A stretch of DNA of 64,000 nt from Octopus sinensis (Eukaryota), in assembly GCF_006345805.1 (NCBI RefSeq), contig NC_043002.1, positions 42,594,001-42,658,000 on the forward strand. Reading direction: 5' to 3'. Under the pieces are notes generated by a model. That model was given only the letters and a program-made list of their open reading frames with translations, was not told where the DNA came from and ran no database searches. Positions 48,765 to 62,200 of this stretch are shown piece after piece. Numbering within the stretch: the first letter of the stretch is position 1; the number at the start of each line of letters is the position of its first letter. The position numbers were made by a program, and so were the translations under genes.

Positions 48765-51700
48765 TGTTTCAGTGGAATAGTTTTATTAGTGTTAAAAGCA
48801 TGACCAAAAAGTCATATTCAAGAGTACTTACTCATGTACGATTCTGGGATGTCTTGCTTTCAAGAGCAGTACCCAATTCAATTTAGATTAAAAAGAAGAA
48901 AAATAAAAAGGGGAGGGGAAAAAAAAAATCATCTTTTCTTATATAATGTTAAATGATGACATTTGCGATCAGTTATATTAATATTATTAACAGCAGGGAA
49001 TTGGCAGTTCACACAGTTATTTCATATGGCAGGGTTTGTTAGAGGTTTTCTAACTATGATGTGTATGTTTGTGTGTGTATGTAGATGTATGTGTTATGGT
49101 GCATACATCTTTGAAAGAGAGAGAAAGAGAACAGCTAATAGGACATCTGAATCCATTTGTTTCTTCTTTATTTTTCTTTACTTTACTTTTTCAAATAGAA
49201 ACAGTTGATTCGATTTTCCTATAGAAGTAAAGTACTTAGAGAGGAAGAGAAATACACAGCTTGTGTAATATCCAAAAGCAACTCACTTGCAAATACAAAT
49301 AAAATCAGCCAAATGATGAGCAGAATTGCTACATCATCTTCTGATATAACAGTTTTGTAATTTTTTTCTTATAACAGCAGTTATTAAAAGTATTCTATAG
49401 TTTTTGAATACTAGTATCATAAAAAAAAAATAATTGCTGGATAGAGATTGTTTCTGAAAGAAGTTTTTTTTTTTTTTTCAAGAGAAAAATTTGAAGAAAA
49501 ACTTTACTTTATAATTGTATCTAAGGACTTTTCATGAAAAGCAGCAATAATAATGATTCCAGATTCTAAATAACTTGGAAGTTTCGAAAAACAACAATTA
49601 AGATCTAAATTATGAGGGTCTTTTGTCTAATATTCAAAAACCAAATGTAAGGAACCAGATATATAAAAATTGTAACATGGAAAGATAAACTAAAATATAG
49701 AATTACAGAATAAGGAAACTTACTAACTGTGGTTGATCTTGATATTCAGTAAATGAGATAAGAATTAAACAAAAAACATTCAACCAAAAATAAAGAAGTC
49801 TTTGCAGATTAAGAGAGTGATTATTGTAACTTTCTGATGAGGAACTGCATATTTAATGAATAAAAAATTACAACATTTAAAACTGTGTGTGTGTGTGTGA
49901 GTGAGAGAGAAAGAGAAAGAGAGAGGGAGAGAGAGAAAAAGAAAGTGTGTGTGTGTGTCTAATTCACTGCATGGTCCCAGACAGAAGAGTTTGTATAATG
50001 ATCTATATGTAATCAAAAGTGTCAATTATAGGGAAGAAAACAGAAACATTCCCATCTGGATATACTTTTTTGAAGTAAATGAAGCAGTTTGTTTCTAACA
50101 ATCTATAGAATATTTTTATTCTGTAAGAAGGATAATTAAAATATATAAGAAGTAGAAAAAAAAATTTGGTTTCTGCACAAGTAACGGAGCTGTTATTAGA
50201 TCACAGATAGAGGTGAAAACAGTTCGGATTTTTGACTATAAGTCACTGTTTACTTAATAAAAAAAAATAACTTCATAACTAAAACAAATAGGAGAGAAAA
50301 AATAAAGGGCCTTCCACTTTTCTTGATACTAGTTCTTTACAGAATTCAAATATTCAAAAGAATTAATTAAAAGCAAGCAAATTTTGGACAATTTTCATGA
50401 AAGAGAATCAGATTTTATTTGCATATTTCAAAGATGTAATTTCTGATAGGGGTTATTTTTCATAATTCTTTAAAATGAAAATTACATGGAAAAAGATTTA
50501 ACGTTTTCTTTTAAATTCATTTATAAAAGATTCTATTGGGTCAACATTTAAAAACTTAAGTTATAAAAAAAAAAAGGGATAAAACAGAAATACATATATA
50601 ATCATCACAAAGTTGGACATAACGATGCATAAAATGTACTTTTAGTAATAATTATGAGAAAGAAAAGTAAAACTAGATTGGAAGAATTAAAAACAAGAAT
50701 CTAATGAAAGCACAATTCTTCAACAGTGTGATGAACGCTAAATCATTCTTGTTTCGAAAACATCCGTAAGCTAAAAAATATATTTTCTATATCAAAAGTG
50801 GTAAATACTATGTAAAGAATCATGACTAATACATGAAGTGGGGAAGGGGGTCTAACTTCAGGGTGTTATACAGAAGAAACATCTGCAACCAGGTTATTAA
50901 ACAAAATGAAACTGTTAAATTATAGAAATTATTTATATTAGTGCTTAAAAAGCAGCAACAATGTTAGAAAAACAAAATGTTCTTTGAGAAAGAGATTTGT
51001 AACTATATCAATTTCATGTTTTGCAAGTATTACTAGAGTAAAAAAAAAATCTGATAGATGGTATCAGTGAGAAATTCTTTAATGAAAAGAAACTTATGTT
51101 TCAAAATATTGCCAAGAAGAAGCCCTGATTTAACCCTTTGTCATCTGACAATAGAAATTTACAGAAAACTGTTTCAATAAAAGCTTTCAAATTTACTGCA
51201 ATATGTTTGGAATGGAGGGGGGTGGGGTGTAAGTGTAAAAAGTTTTATGAATCTATTTTATTCCACAGAATGCTATTTCAGCAAAGCAAATTTTATAAAC
51301 AATATCCTCAATGCGGTAATGTGGTATTTCTTGAAATGACCTATTTCTGACAGAAAGATGAAAATAAAAATGACAATATTAAACGAAATCAGGATTTTAA
51401 CTGTAATGATTAAAGAAACCCCCATCTGAAAATAAATAAAAGAGAAAACCCAAAGATTTTGAAGTTTTGTAACCCTAGACAAATCTAAGATTTAATTATA
51501 TCTAAATATATATAAGTGAAATGGTGTTTTAGTATATCTATTCCATTAAGACATTTTGTTTTTCTGTGATTAAAATAATATCAATGAGGTAACTAAACTA
51601 ATAATTGTTAAGAGGAAAAAAAAAAGACTTTACAATTATCCTAAAATTAGAATGTTAGAAGAATTAATGTGTGTGAGAGAGAGAGAGGGGGAGAGAGAGA

Positions 51701-52974
51701 GAGCGGGAGGAAGAGAGAATATGTGTGTGTGTGTGTGTGTGTGTGGAGTGCGAGTGTGTCTGTGTGTATGAAATGAAAGAATTTAACACAAAAAATAAAA
51801 ATGAAAAAAAAAAAAAACCCAAATAACATGGATTCACTGGTAGAACTAAGATCATAAGGATCGGTTTAAAGACATCAAAGAAACAAGGTAAGAAAGTCCA
51901 GAAGACTAACCTCCATTTCATTCATGCTCAAGCTGAGTCTACTATACAAGTAGCCAGATCTAGAGGTCTGGGTAAAAAAGTATTTAAAAGTTTGTCTTTG
52001 TCAAAAGAATTTCAGATTTACCTCTTAACTGATGAAAACACCTGAAATCCAAGTGCTGCCTTGAAAAAGCAAGAATTTCCACTAAATTGTTGGTTATATA
52101 TTAAAATACACTTCTAATCCAACCACTGCCTATAGTCGAAGTATTATTCTTTGAAATGAAATATTATGGAAGGTCAGTGTGCAGGAATTAGTCCTAATGA
52201 AATCAAAACGAACTTTTAAACATACACACATCAAGATTCATTCATGTTAACATGCTCACAAGAAGGGTTAAGTTTATACAATCTCAGGTAATGAGTGTGT
52301 GTGTGTGTGTGTGTTGTGTGTAGTACTGTGGTGTGTGTACAATGTGGTGTGGTGTGTGTGTGTGTGTTTATTTTTTAAATTATATAAGGAGTGGAGAAGG
52401 AATTAAGTGCTGGCTTCTACTTGACTTCTAATACAGTGGCAGCCAAGTAGAAAGATATTTCAGGGAGAAAGTGTTACAGGGTGGAAATGTGACAAAAGTA
52501 GGAAAAATAGAAAAAAAAAACAACAAAGAATTGAAAGAAAAGAATAAGAAAAAGGAAAGCAAAAGAGGATAAGAGAGAGAATGAAGAAGAAAACAAAGAG
52601 AAAGGTAAAATATAGGGTAAAAGAAAAAAAAGAGGATAGAATAAGAAAAGAAATAAGACGAAAAGAAGACTAAGAAATGATTATAAATCTCCACCCATGT
52701 TAAAAACCTGTAGCTACCCCTTTGAAATGATTAAAGTCCACAAGATGAAAGATTAGAATGTGGCAGGTATAGCATACAATGTGAGTATCTAGCAATCATT
52801 CAAGGCATTGAGTTATTGATTTTAAAGGGAAAGAGGATGGATTTGGACAAAATGGATGCTGCAGCTGAAAGATCAGCAGTGAATCAAAAATGTAACGTTT
52901 GGACCAGAAAAGCCGACGTAAGCTAGATTCATTCCCTCAAAATCAGCAACCTTTCATAGAACAGTATCATCATT
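48765..52974 (-). other. DAZAP2: Probable long 3' UTR of DAZAP2
   Basis: About 4.2 kb directly after the stop codon, U-rich on the minus strand, microsatellites only, no SINE or LINE recognised. Confidence 0.5.
48782..48787 (-). terminator. Candidate DAZAP2 distal polyadenylation signal
   Basis: AATAAA on the minus strand followed by a U-rich tract, at the boundary between the repeat-poor and repeat-rich zones. Confidence 0.45.
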
Positions 52975-53103
52975 TTAGTACCAAGTGTAGCCAGCTCCAG
53001 ATCCACCAGTCAGGAAATCGTTCTTTCGTTGTGTGAGGATAACATTTTGCCCCTGCATGGCGGCCATTTGCGTTGCATTCGGAGCATAACCAGGTGGAGG
53101 GGG
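52975..53103 (-). CDS. DAZAP2: DAZ-associated protein 2, last coding exon
   Basis: PPPPGYAPNATQMAAMQGQNVILTQRKNDFLTGGSGAGYTWY* matches the conserved DAZAP2 C-terminus (human PPPPGCPPNAAQLAVMQGANVLVTQRKGNFFMGGSDGGYTIW). Strong acceptor TTTTTCTCTGCCATTTCAG, phase 0. Confidence 0.93.
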   Translation of the reverse strand, partial: PPPPGYAPNATQMAAMQGQNVILTQRKNDFLTGGSGAGYTWY

Positions 53104-53228
53104 CTGAAATGGCAGAGAAAAACAAAAAGAAATTAGCATATTATAATTGACATAAAGAGGGTGAAGTACATTGAGTGTTTCTTAGAGGGTTTTTTTTTTT
53201 AATTATAAGAATGATAAAAAAGACATTT

Positions 53229-53272
<44 letters not shown>

Positions 53273-55911
53273 GGAAATAAAAGACTGATCTTTTCAAAGA
53301 TTAGTTCCTTCAGGCACCAAGGAACAATGAGTGCATTGATCTTTCTCACAAGCAAACATTTCAAAAATTATCTTGGGTTTGCATTCTCTCAAGTTGATGA
53401 TAAATATATTCATTAAAATATTAGACACTGAAACAGTTGACTATAACTAGTATTTAAATTTTGGCAAATTAAAAGGTGAGGATCTAGTTTTAATTCTCAA
53501 CAGAAGTTATCCCATATAAATCTTATGCAGTTAGAAAATGAACAGTACAATCTCATCTGCCAATTTGAGACTCAGAACTACTACTTTCACATTTAATGGT
53601 TCACATTTTTGCATTAAAATCCCAGAGCAAATAAAATAGGTACTAGTAAAAGAATAAGGATGACAACTCCCTATTCTTGTCCTCACAAAAATTGGTTTTG
53701 CATAAAGAATTTAAAAAAAAACAACAATTTAATAATATTCTTGAAGATAATAAAAAATAAGCAGTTAAATTTACAAACAAAATATGGCTCATTATTATTA
53801 TTATATAAAATTAGCACTTTAAAGAAAATCTTGATTGGCTTGTACCACATTCTTAGAAAAACACCAGTTAACTCCCCTTTGGCCCTTCCTTTATTAATAG
53901 TTACACCTGATAGAATATAAGGAGAATTTTTACAGTTAAATTCGGAGATGATATTGCAAACTCTAGGCAAAAGATTTTAATAAAGTATTGCCTTTTGAAT
54001 AACCAAAGAAAGAATTGATAAAAATGGTGACATTCAAGGTAACATTAGACAAGTGATTGATTAACAGGTCTAGGCAAATTATTGTAATGAATCAAATAAT
54101 ATAAAAGCATAGCTAGTACCCTGGCAAATATTACAAAAAAAAATATCAAAACATACACATTTCATAACATTTAATGAATTGGTTAAATAATAGCTTGTAA
54201 GCTTATTAAATTTGTATTCCAAACAAGATAGCTATGATATTGAGATACACATACAACTGGCAACCTGAATATATTCTAAATCCAGTCTATTCTGGAATAA
54301 TGCTGAACACTCCTGCACTGGTTGGTCATGTGACATGCAGAGTAGTAGTCTGTGTATTTGTGCATAATTGAATGGCTGCACCTGCGGCAGAACATGTGGA
54401 ACAACTAGGCATATGACTCTTGATTGTTTAGATTTCAAAGAAAGTGGTCGACAATCCAGCACAGAATTTGAATCAAAAGTCAACAATTGATACGGCAGCT
54501 TCTCTGGTGTGAAGGGATTCTAAGATGTTGTTTGTTTTCCTTGATTATGTGGGATAGCGGTTTTCAAAAATGGTGCTGATAGCATTAGATGGTTTTATAT
54601 ATATATTCAATTACTTAGTTTAGTAACCAAGTCTTATCTACAAAGTGGAAAAATTTGACAAAAAAAAAAAAGAAAAAAAAAAAAAACAAGCTGGGATGAG
54701 CATAACATTAAAAGTTGTTTTGTCATTACATACTACAGTGAGCCAGCCTATTTGTTTTTGTTATCTGGTTTTGTACCAGACTGTTCTAAGTTCACTTTAC
54801 ACCAATGTAGGTTGATTTCGCTTTTGTCCCACTGGGCTTGATAAAATAAAATATTGGTAATATAATGAAGTTCAATTTGAATGCACAACTCTGACAAATT
54901 TTGTCTTAGAACAAGACACTATTTGTCAAATAAGACATGATTATTGAATTTCAGAATTTCCACTGGAAAGTAACATGCAAATTCTACAATGGTTATTTAA
55001 AGAACAAACAATAAACAGAACAAAGAAAACACAAAAAAAGTGAGCTAAAATGATAAAGCACTGAGAGCACTTCTGAATTAGTTATCAGAACTTCTCTCTG
55101 ACCAGAGATATGATTACATGCAAAGAATAAAATGAAAACGGCATTTGGCATAAAGGAATATAATGAAAATATAAGATATACTGAACTCTGTTGAAAACAG
55201 AGATTCAGAGGTTACTTAGTTGCAGATAAACTATACAGGTTTATTCAAAGCTAATTTTCTCCAAAATGTTATTTATAAACAAACTTTAACAACAAAAGTA
55301 TGGCATTTTTCTCGCATGGGCATCATGTTACATTGAATTATTTGTATATTGATGTGTATGTATGGGTACATAAATAGGTTTAAATATACAATATACCTAT
55401 TTATCTACAGATATACATACACACACACGTGTGTATGTACCTATAAAATATATAGGTACATGTACCTATATAATTTACGTGTCAAGTCAAAATTTCATTG
55501 AATACTGAGTTTATAGCTGTAAAGCTGAGATCAACCCCAAACACACTGTTCATTGCTGCACATCATAACCGGACACGCAAGTGATCAAGATGATGTGGTT
55601 ATATCACACCTTTTGCCAGAGTGAAAGAGGGAAGGATTGACCAAAACTTTGAAATAATCCCTTGATTTGAGAAAAACGTGTAAAAAAAAAAAAAAAAATT
55701 AAATGTAGCTTAAGCAAAACACATGAAATATAAAAATTACATGAAATATTTGTTAGTAATTCCTTGATGCCAAATGTGAAAGGATGCAAGCATGCAGGAA
55801 AAAAACCCCAAAAAAGAGAAAAAACGAAAAAAAAACAAAAAAAACATAGCAACAGGTAACAGCAGAATCCAAATTTTATATATTAACAAAATTGTTCAAC
55901 AAGCAACTTAC

Positions 55912-56007
55912 AGGTATCATTTGGCCAGAAATTCCATCAAAACGGGCTCCAGCATCATATGCACCATGTACGAGCATTGTCTGCTGGGGGATCGTTGATG
56001 CTGGAGA
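55912..56007 (-). CDS. DAZAP2: DAZAP2 internal exon (96 nt, phase 0-0)
   Basis: SPASTIPQQTMLVHGAYDAGARFDGISGQMIP contains the family motif GxYDAGARF. TTTCAG acceptor, CCT|GTAAGT donor. Confidence 0.93.
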
Positions 56008-56071
56008 CTGAAATTTCAACAATATATTAAAACAGGGTCAACAGTTAGCCTTCTAATTAGTCTTAAGCCAG

Positions 56072-56103
<32 letters not shown>

Positions 56104-57776
56104 TACTATTCGTAACCATTTTCCATTGAAGCAGAAGTGACGTAGCTTTTGCAAGTTTGGACATTTCAATACTGAGTACCCTACCCTACCATGAAAGAAA
56201 AATGGAAACTGCTCCCATCATAGTCTGCTTCACAGATTGCTAGATAGACTACCATGTTTAAAAGATTATTAATATAATAGGTGTAGGCAGAGTAAAGTTT
56301 GCTTCATTCAGTCACTGTGCTTATTTGTAATATAAGTTTATGAAATTAAGAAACATTTTTTAAACTAGAGAAAAAAAAAAGTTTTTTTTTTAAATGAGTG
56401 GGGAGAGGGAATACAGGAATTTAATTAAGGTAATCAAATGCAATTTTAACATGGTATTTGTTATAATATAAAATGCTACGTATATATAAATTTTAATTAC
56501 TAGTAAAATAATTTTAAAAAATGAACATGAATACAATTAAAATCAATATACATTTAGATGGAAAAAAAATTGAGAAAGAAAAAGATGAACAAAGAATATA
56601 AATCAAATCTATACTTTTTTAGTGAGGAGGAGGTCAGGTTCTACTATATATTTGCAGTCATTTCTCATTCTTTAAGATAAGGTTAAATTTGGAGACAAGA
56701 AGTGACATGCAATCAGAAACATTCTAAAAGTATATATATACATGTATATAGCATATTATATAACTATGTTAATTGACTAGCAGATTTTAGAATTTTGTGT
56801 AGTGTGCGCATGTGTGTGTGTGTGTGTGTGTGTGTATGTGAAAATATAACTTTGCAACTTAGATCTTTACGCGCACGCTGTCCTCCACACAATTCTTTAT
56901 TGTCATTGGCAACAGATTCATTTTCCATGCTTGCATGCATTAAATGTTTTGTCAAGTCATATCTATTATTAAAAGCTAACCAATCTAGCAACAAGAAACA
57001 CTATGTAAACAGAGCAAGTGTAAAAAAATTACAGCTAGATAACAGCAATACCTAAAAAGAAAAAAACTAAAAGAGAAACAAAACAAAACAAACAAAAATA
57101 ACTAATGGTTAGATAGAGAATTTGTTTTGTGAAAAGTGACAGTTGGGTAACAAGTATGAAGTTTTCTTAGTGCAGATGTTATAGTGCTGATAGAGCAAGC
57201 AAAGAAATGCCAAAAGTATCACAAAGCTATTGTGATTGAATTTACCAATAAATGTAGAAAACATGCAAAATATTGCTGCAAAGCTGTGAACACTGTGCAT
57301 CAGTAAATAATCATCAAATAGCAATGAAATGTGGATAAAAATTCAAAAGGATAACAAATAAGCTTTATGGTAGGTTAATTCTTGGATTTGTAGTGCAGAT
57401 GTTAAAGCAAAGTATTAATGGAAAAGAACTATATTAAATAACTTTCTAAGCAATTGCATGAAGAAAGAGATTAAACAAAACAAAGCAGTAGGAGTGAACA
57501 CACATAAGCCCAAAAAACAACAAGAAACTATTTCAAAAGAAATAATGAGCATTATGCTACTGCATAGAAAAGAAAATTAGCTGTTATGCAATGTGCAAAA
57601 AATTTTTCAATAAGGGATAACATTAAATAATAACTAAATGATTTTGTAACAAGACCAAGACAACTCAAATTTCATTTCTTTTTTTTTTGTTAAATTTTAT
57701 TTGCTACAAATTTCAAGATCACAAACTGATTGTAGCAATAAATAAAATTCTTTAAGTGTTGATTATTGGAACTTAC

Positions 57777-57862
57777 AGGTGAGTAGGAAGGAGGAAGTCC
57801 TTGAGCTAGAGCTTCCTGGCCAGGAATGCCATATCTGTAATAATAACCATATGATGGTACCA
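57777..57862 (-). CDS. DAZAP2: DAZAP2 exon (86 nt, phase 1-0)
   Basis: VPSYGYYYRYGIPGQEALAQGLPPSYSP with a PPxY motif like human PPAY. CTTTCTTTTTCAG acceptor, CCT|GTAAGT donor. Confidence 0.8.
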
Positions 57863-58343
57863 CTGAAAAAGAAAGAGTTAAATTATTTACAATAATTGTT
57901 TTTCACTAAGAGTTAGATTCTACAAGGAAACAAAAAAAAAAAAAGGATATATTGTTTCAACAACTTTCTGTAGTTCTGCATATATGTGAACTTTCAAAAG
58001 TATGAAATATTTTCTCAAAATATCTAGTTAGAACAATGATACCAAAGCATAAGTTACAGCTTTTCAGATGTTATTTTCTAAATGAAATTCTACACTTGCA
58101 CAATTCAATTCAAATATGCAATTCCATATTTATTGTTTACTTTCTCATTCAAAAAGTTTACATATGAATTTATGTGATCACATTTAAAACGATTTCAATG
58201 TTTGCTTAGTCAAACCTTTAAGGGTTCTCAATCGAATAATTTGTTGCACCTACACATTATCTCCCCTTTCTCTCACCTGCTTAAATCCATCTACTCTCGT
58301 TAGTTCAAATCTATAATTAGTCTCATCTTCAAAAAAGGATTAC

Positions 58344-58350
58344 CTTTCAT
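58344..58350 (-). CDS. DAZAP2: Candidate DAZAP2 start exon coding part (ATG AAA G)
   Basis: ATGAAAG|GTAATC supplies the required phase 1, with an in-frame stop upstream. Comparable to the very short phase-1 first coding exon I recall for human DAZAP2. Confidence 0.4.
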
Positions 58351-58650
58351 ATGAAGAATAACTCTTCAAACGGTTTTTTTTTATTTTTAACTTTCTAGTT
58401 GTTGGTTTGATTAATAGTTTGTTTCACTCCAACGGTATTTAGTACTAAGCATGACGTGCAGTTTCAGAAAATACAAATTCTTCTAACAAGAAGGAATGGT
58501 GTTGAACTAAGTACAACTGATTATTAATTCAAATAATATAGTTTTCATTACATTTCAGCCTTATTCTAACTTTTAATATGGTCTCCACAAACTGTAGAAA
58601 CTCATTTGCTCAACGTTTGGACTTGGTTCAAAGCGATCACTTTGTAGGGA
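58350..58650 (-). promoter_or_regulatory. Candidate DAZAP2 5' UTR/promoter region
   Basis: Unique sequence with several retained CpGs amid CpG-depleted flanks; TGACGT (CRE-like) at ~58452. Confidence 0.35.
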
Positions 58651-60499
58651 ACTGATCAGGGAATTGAATAATCCTTAGTGTATAACTGATACTTATTTTA
58701 CTGATCCTAGTGACACAAAAAGCAATGTTAGTCCCAGTGGAATTCAATGTAGAAAAATTGCTTCTAATATTGATTTTACTAAAGTAATATTATAAAAGAG
58801 TATAGGTATAGGCGTAGCTGTGTAGCTAAGAAGCTTGTTTCCTTCTCAACCAGGTAGTCTTGGGTTCAGTCTCACGGTATGACACCTTGGGCATGTGTCT
58901 TTTACTAAAGGCCCAGACTGACCAAAGCCTTGTGAGTAGATTTTTGTGTACCCTTGTTTTAACATCAGGTAAGGATTGTAAAAAAGCATCACTGTCATAT
59001 AAGCAATTTTGTTCGTTTCCAATCTTCCATGGCCATGGGTAAATATTATCTTGCTTGGAAACAGCTATGGGTTGGCAGCAGAAAGGGAAGCTGTAAAGAA
59101 ATTGGCCTCATTTCTGTCCAACTCATGTAGCAAGCATGGAAAAGTGGACGTTAAACAATAACATTTTACTTTTGATAAGAAATATAAAATGTACTTGTTA
59201 AGCTTTTAACTATTTGAAAAATACAATAGCCTGGCTCTTTCTCACAACACAAGCTATTTGTTCTAGATAACATTGAAGCTTACAATTTCACAAGAAACTT
59301 TTTACCAACAAACTCATATATTAATAGACATAAAAAAAAAAGAATGAAATAGAATTTTTGGCACTGGAATAAAATTTGCAGAGCTTCAAGAAATAGAGTT
59401 CTATAGAAGAAAGTTTCTAAGAAATGTACATTCATAATTCTTAAATCATAAACACAGTTGAACATGTTTTGTACGATGTACTGCTTAGAGCTAATTCTAT
59501 CTTCAACTGAATTCTAAAACTGTATGTTATAATGTTATAATGAATTATGTACAAGTTAAAAGATGTGTAGTTTTATGATGTATCATTATGTTGTTCTTTA
59601 ACTGCACAATTTAATTAACTTATTCTGAATCTTTCCTAACAAATTCTTGCCTAACATAAACAAATAAATTCATAATACTTCCTAAGACATTTTTATAGCA
59701 TACTATTTGGATGAGCTTTTACCTTTCTTACAAAATATGCTTAATAATGCTAAAGTATATTTTGTTTACTAGACACTTTATCATTTATTTCCAGACACAC
59801 ACACACTATGTGCTGAAGTTTTAACTTCTCTATACTACCATATAAGTTGAAACAAATTTGCAAAGGGGCCAAAAAGCATCATTAGCCACATTATATACTG
59901 CCAAGCCATTGAATTGTGTGTTTGCACTTCTGGACACAAGTTCTATTTTCATTCTATGGTTAAGCAGTTAGTAGTGAAGTAGCACATCCAGCTGTAAAAA
60001 TTTGCTCCAACAATATGCAAACTCACTCAATCTTTGACAGTATGTAAAATCTGGTGTAAACAAGTAGACTGGTGAAAATACATGACAAATCCTGGAGAAG
60101 AATAAAAATTGCTTCTTGTTATAAAATTTGCAGTCATACTTCACAATAATAATTTCATAAGCCTAATATTCACATAAAGGTGTACACCTAAGAAGACTTT
60201 ATTAGGTGTTTTTCACTCTCCACTAGTAATGCAATTTAAAAAAAAAAATTGGACTAGAATCAATTATCAAACATAGACTTTAATGTACTACAGCTACTAT
60301 GATACTTCAGATATTTATAGGAGATTGAAAAAAGTAATGCTCATGTCTTTCTGAGAGAAATCAATGAAATAACTAAAGTGGGTTTGATAGATTTCATAGT
60401 TATGGCAATGTAGATTGTCACGACAAAATTTAAGTGTTTCACTGCATCAACAATGAAACAGCAGAAGCATGCTTTAATAGAAAGCAAAAACTAAATCAT

Positions 60500-60660
60500 G
60501 AAGATGTGTGGTCTAGTGATTAGGGTGCTACACTCAAGATTGTAAGATTATGGTTTTGATTCCTGGACTGGGCAGTATGTTATGTTCTTGAGCAAAACAC
60601 TTTATTTCATGTTGCTCCAGTCCACTCAACTGTAAAGTAGTCTCAGCAACAGCTGGAAAG
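60500..60660 (+). mobile_element. Family-B tRNA SINE
   Basis: GTGGTCTAGTGATTAGGGTG..GGTTTTGATTCC..TGTTCTTGAGCAAAACAC..TTGCTCCAGTCCACTCA. Confidence 0.65.
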
Positions 60661-61599
60661 TTAACCCTGTGACAACTCAATACCTTGTTAAGTGAGCAAA
60701 GTACTGTAATCTTAGTTACTTATAAGCCACGGAAACCAGGTTGAGCTCCTGCCTTATAAGTTCTTTGGCTCATGACAGACCTACTAAGGGAACTGAGCCC
60801 AAGGAAGACTGCAATAACAAATATACATAATTTCATAGGGTAACCAAGTAACATATGTACCACATACTTCTGCTTCGCTATTCAACAAAGACATTCTAAA
60901 AGAGGTCTATCCATATGATAAATGAATTTGGTATTAAATATGCATGTTTGTAATTTGTTCCTTTTGTTGAATAATCAGTTATGATTTCACCTAAATGCCT
61001 CAACAACTGAGAGCTACATATCTCAAAAGGTTGGATAAAACTATACTAGTAAAGAAATTGAGTTGACAGATTTCTGCTATATAAGTTGGCCTTGTGCATG
61101 ATAAAAAAAACCCCACATTATTTCATACAGATTTAATCATTGTATGATTATGTATGTAGACCCCGTCTATTTTTAATCTAAGATACTTATTCTATACATT
61201 ATCTAAATATTTAATGCTAAATAATTCCTCTTGTTTCCTTGGAGCTATTTAGAATGAGTTGCAACACAAAAGCTCAATTAAATGCAAATACAATTGATAA
61301 TCCTTTATCTGATATTCTGAAATCCCAAAACCTCCAAGATCTGAAAATCATTTGAGATGCTTCAAGAGAGAGAAGCATCACCCAAAAACATCCCAGAAGG
61401 TGCCCAAAAGATTCTTTGAAAATGTGCAGATGTTGCAAGCCATGCCTAAAACTATCATTATGTATGGAGTAACATCATCTGCTCCATGTTAGGAAAAGTA
61501 TAAAAAGTGGAATTTTTCGTGAAAAGCAAAAAAACTCTGAAGTACACACATGGAACTGGGCTAGTATCAAATTTATATAAAATTACTTTCACAGTACAA

Positions 61600-62200
61600 G
61601 TTGTACAAGGTGGTATCCAAAAAGTCCCCAGGCTAGTTCTGTAGTGCACCAATAGATAGCAACACACAGTTGCTTGTGCAGTGAGAGCTAGCAGTGATCT
61701 TCATGATGCAGTGTGCTGAGTGACATCACTGTGTTTACTTCACAAGTTGTGAAATTTGTGTTTTTGTGATCACATGTATGTTGTAGTCTGTGATTTTGTC
61801 ATGGACAGGAAGTTGGAACAAAGAGCCAATGTGAAATTTTGCATTAAACTTTGGAAGTCCACTACAGAGATATTGAGCATGTTTTGGCAAGCTTATGGGG
61901 TGATGAGGCAATGTTTTGAAGTGTTTGAGAGAGGACATTTGGTGAAGGCAACCAGATCTGTGGAGCACAAAGAAATAAAATTTTCCCGATGATAATGCAC
62001 TCTGTAACTGAGCTTTCCTTACTTGTGAGTTTCTCACCAAAAACAACATGGTATTGCTTCTGCACCCACCCTATTCGCCAGATTTAGCATCTGCAGACTT
62101 CTATCTCTTCCCTGAGGTCAAAATGCAGCTCAAAGGTTGCAGTTTGAACAGTGTTGTTGAGATCCAGAGCAAATTACAGAAGGTCCTCAATAGAAGCAAG
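61600..62200 (+). mobile_element. Internally deleted mariner element
   Basis: LEQRANVKFCIKLWKS..QAYG and LHPPYSPDLASADFYLFPEVKMQLKG. Confidence 0.8.

Noticed and set aside
49780-52694. Short hydrophobic or low-complexity ORFs downstream of DAZAP2
   Set aside because: They arise from microsatellites and A/T runs in a probable UTR.
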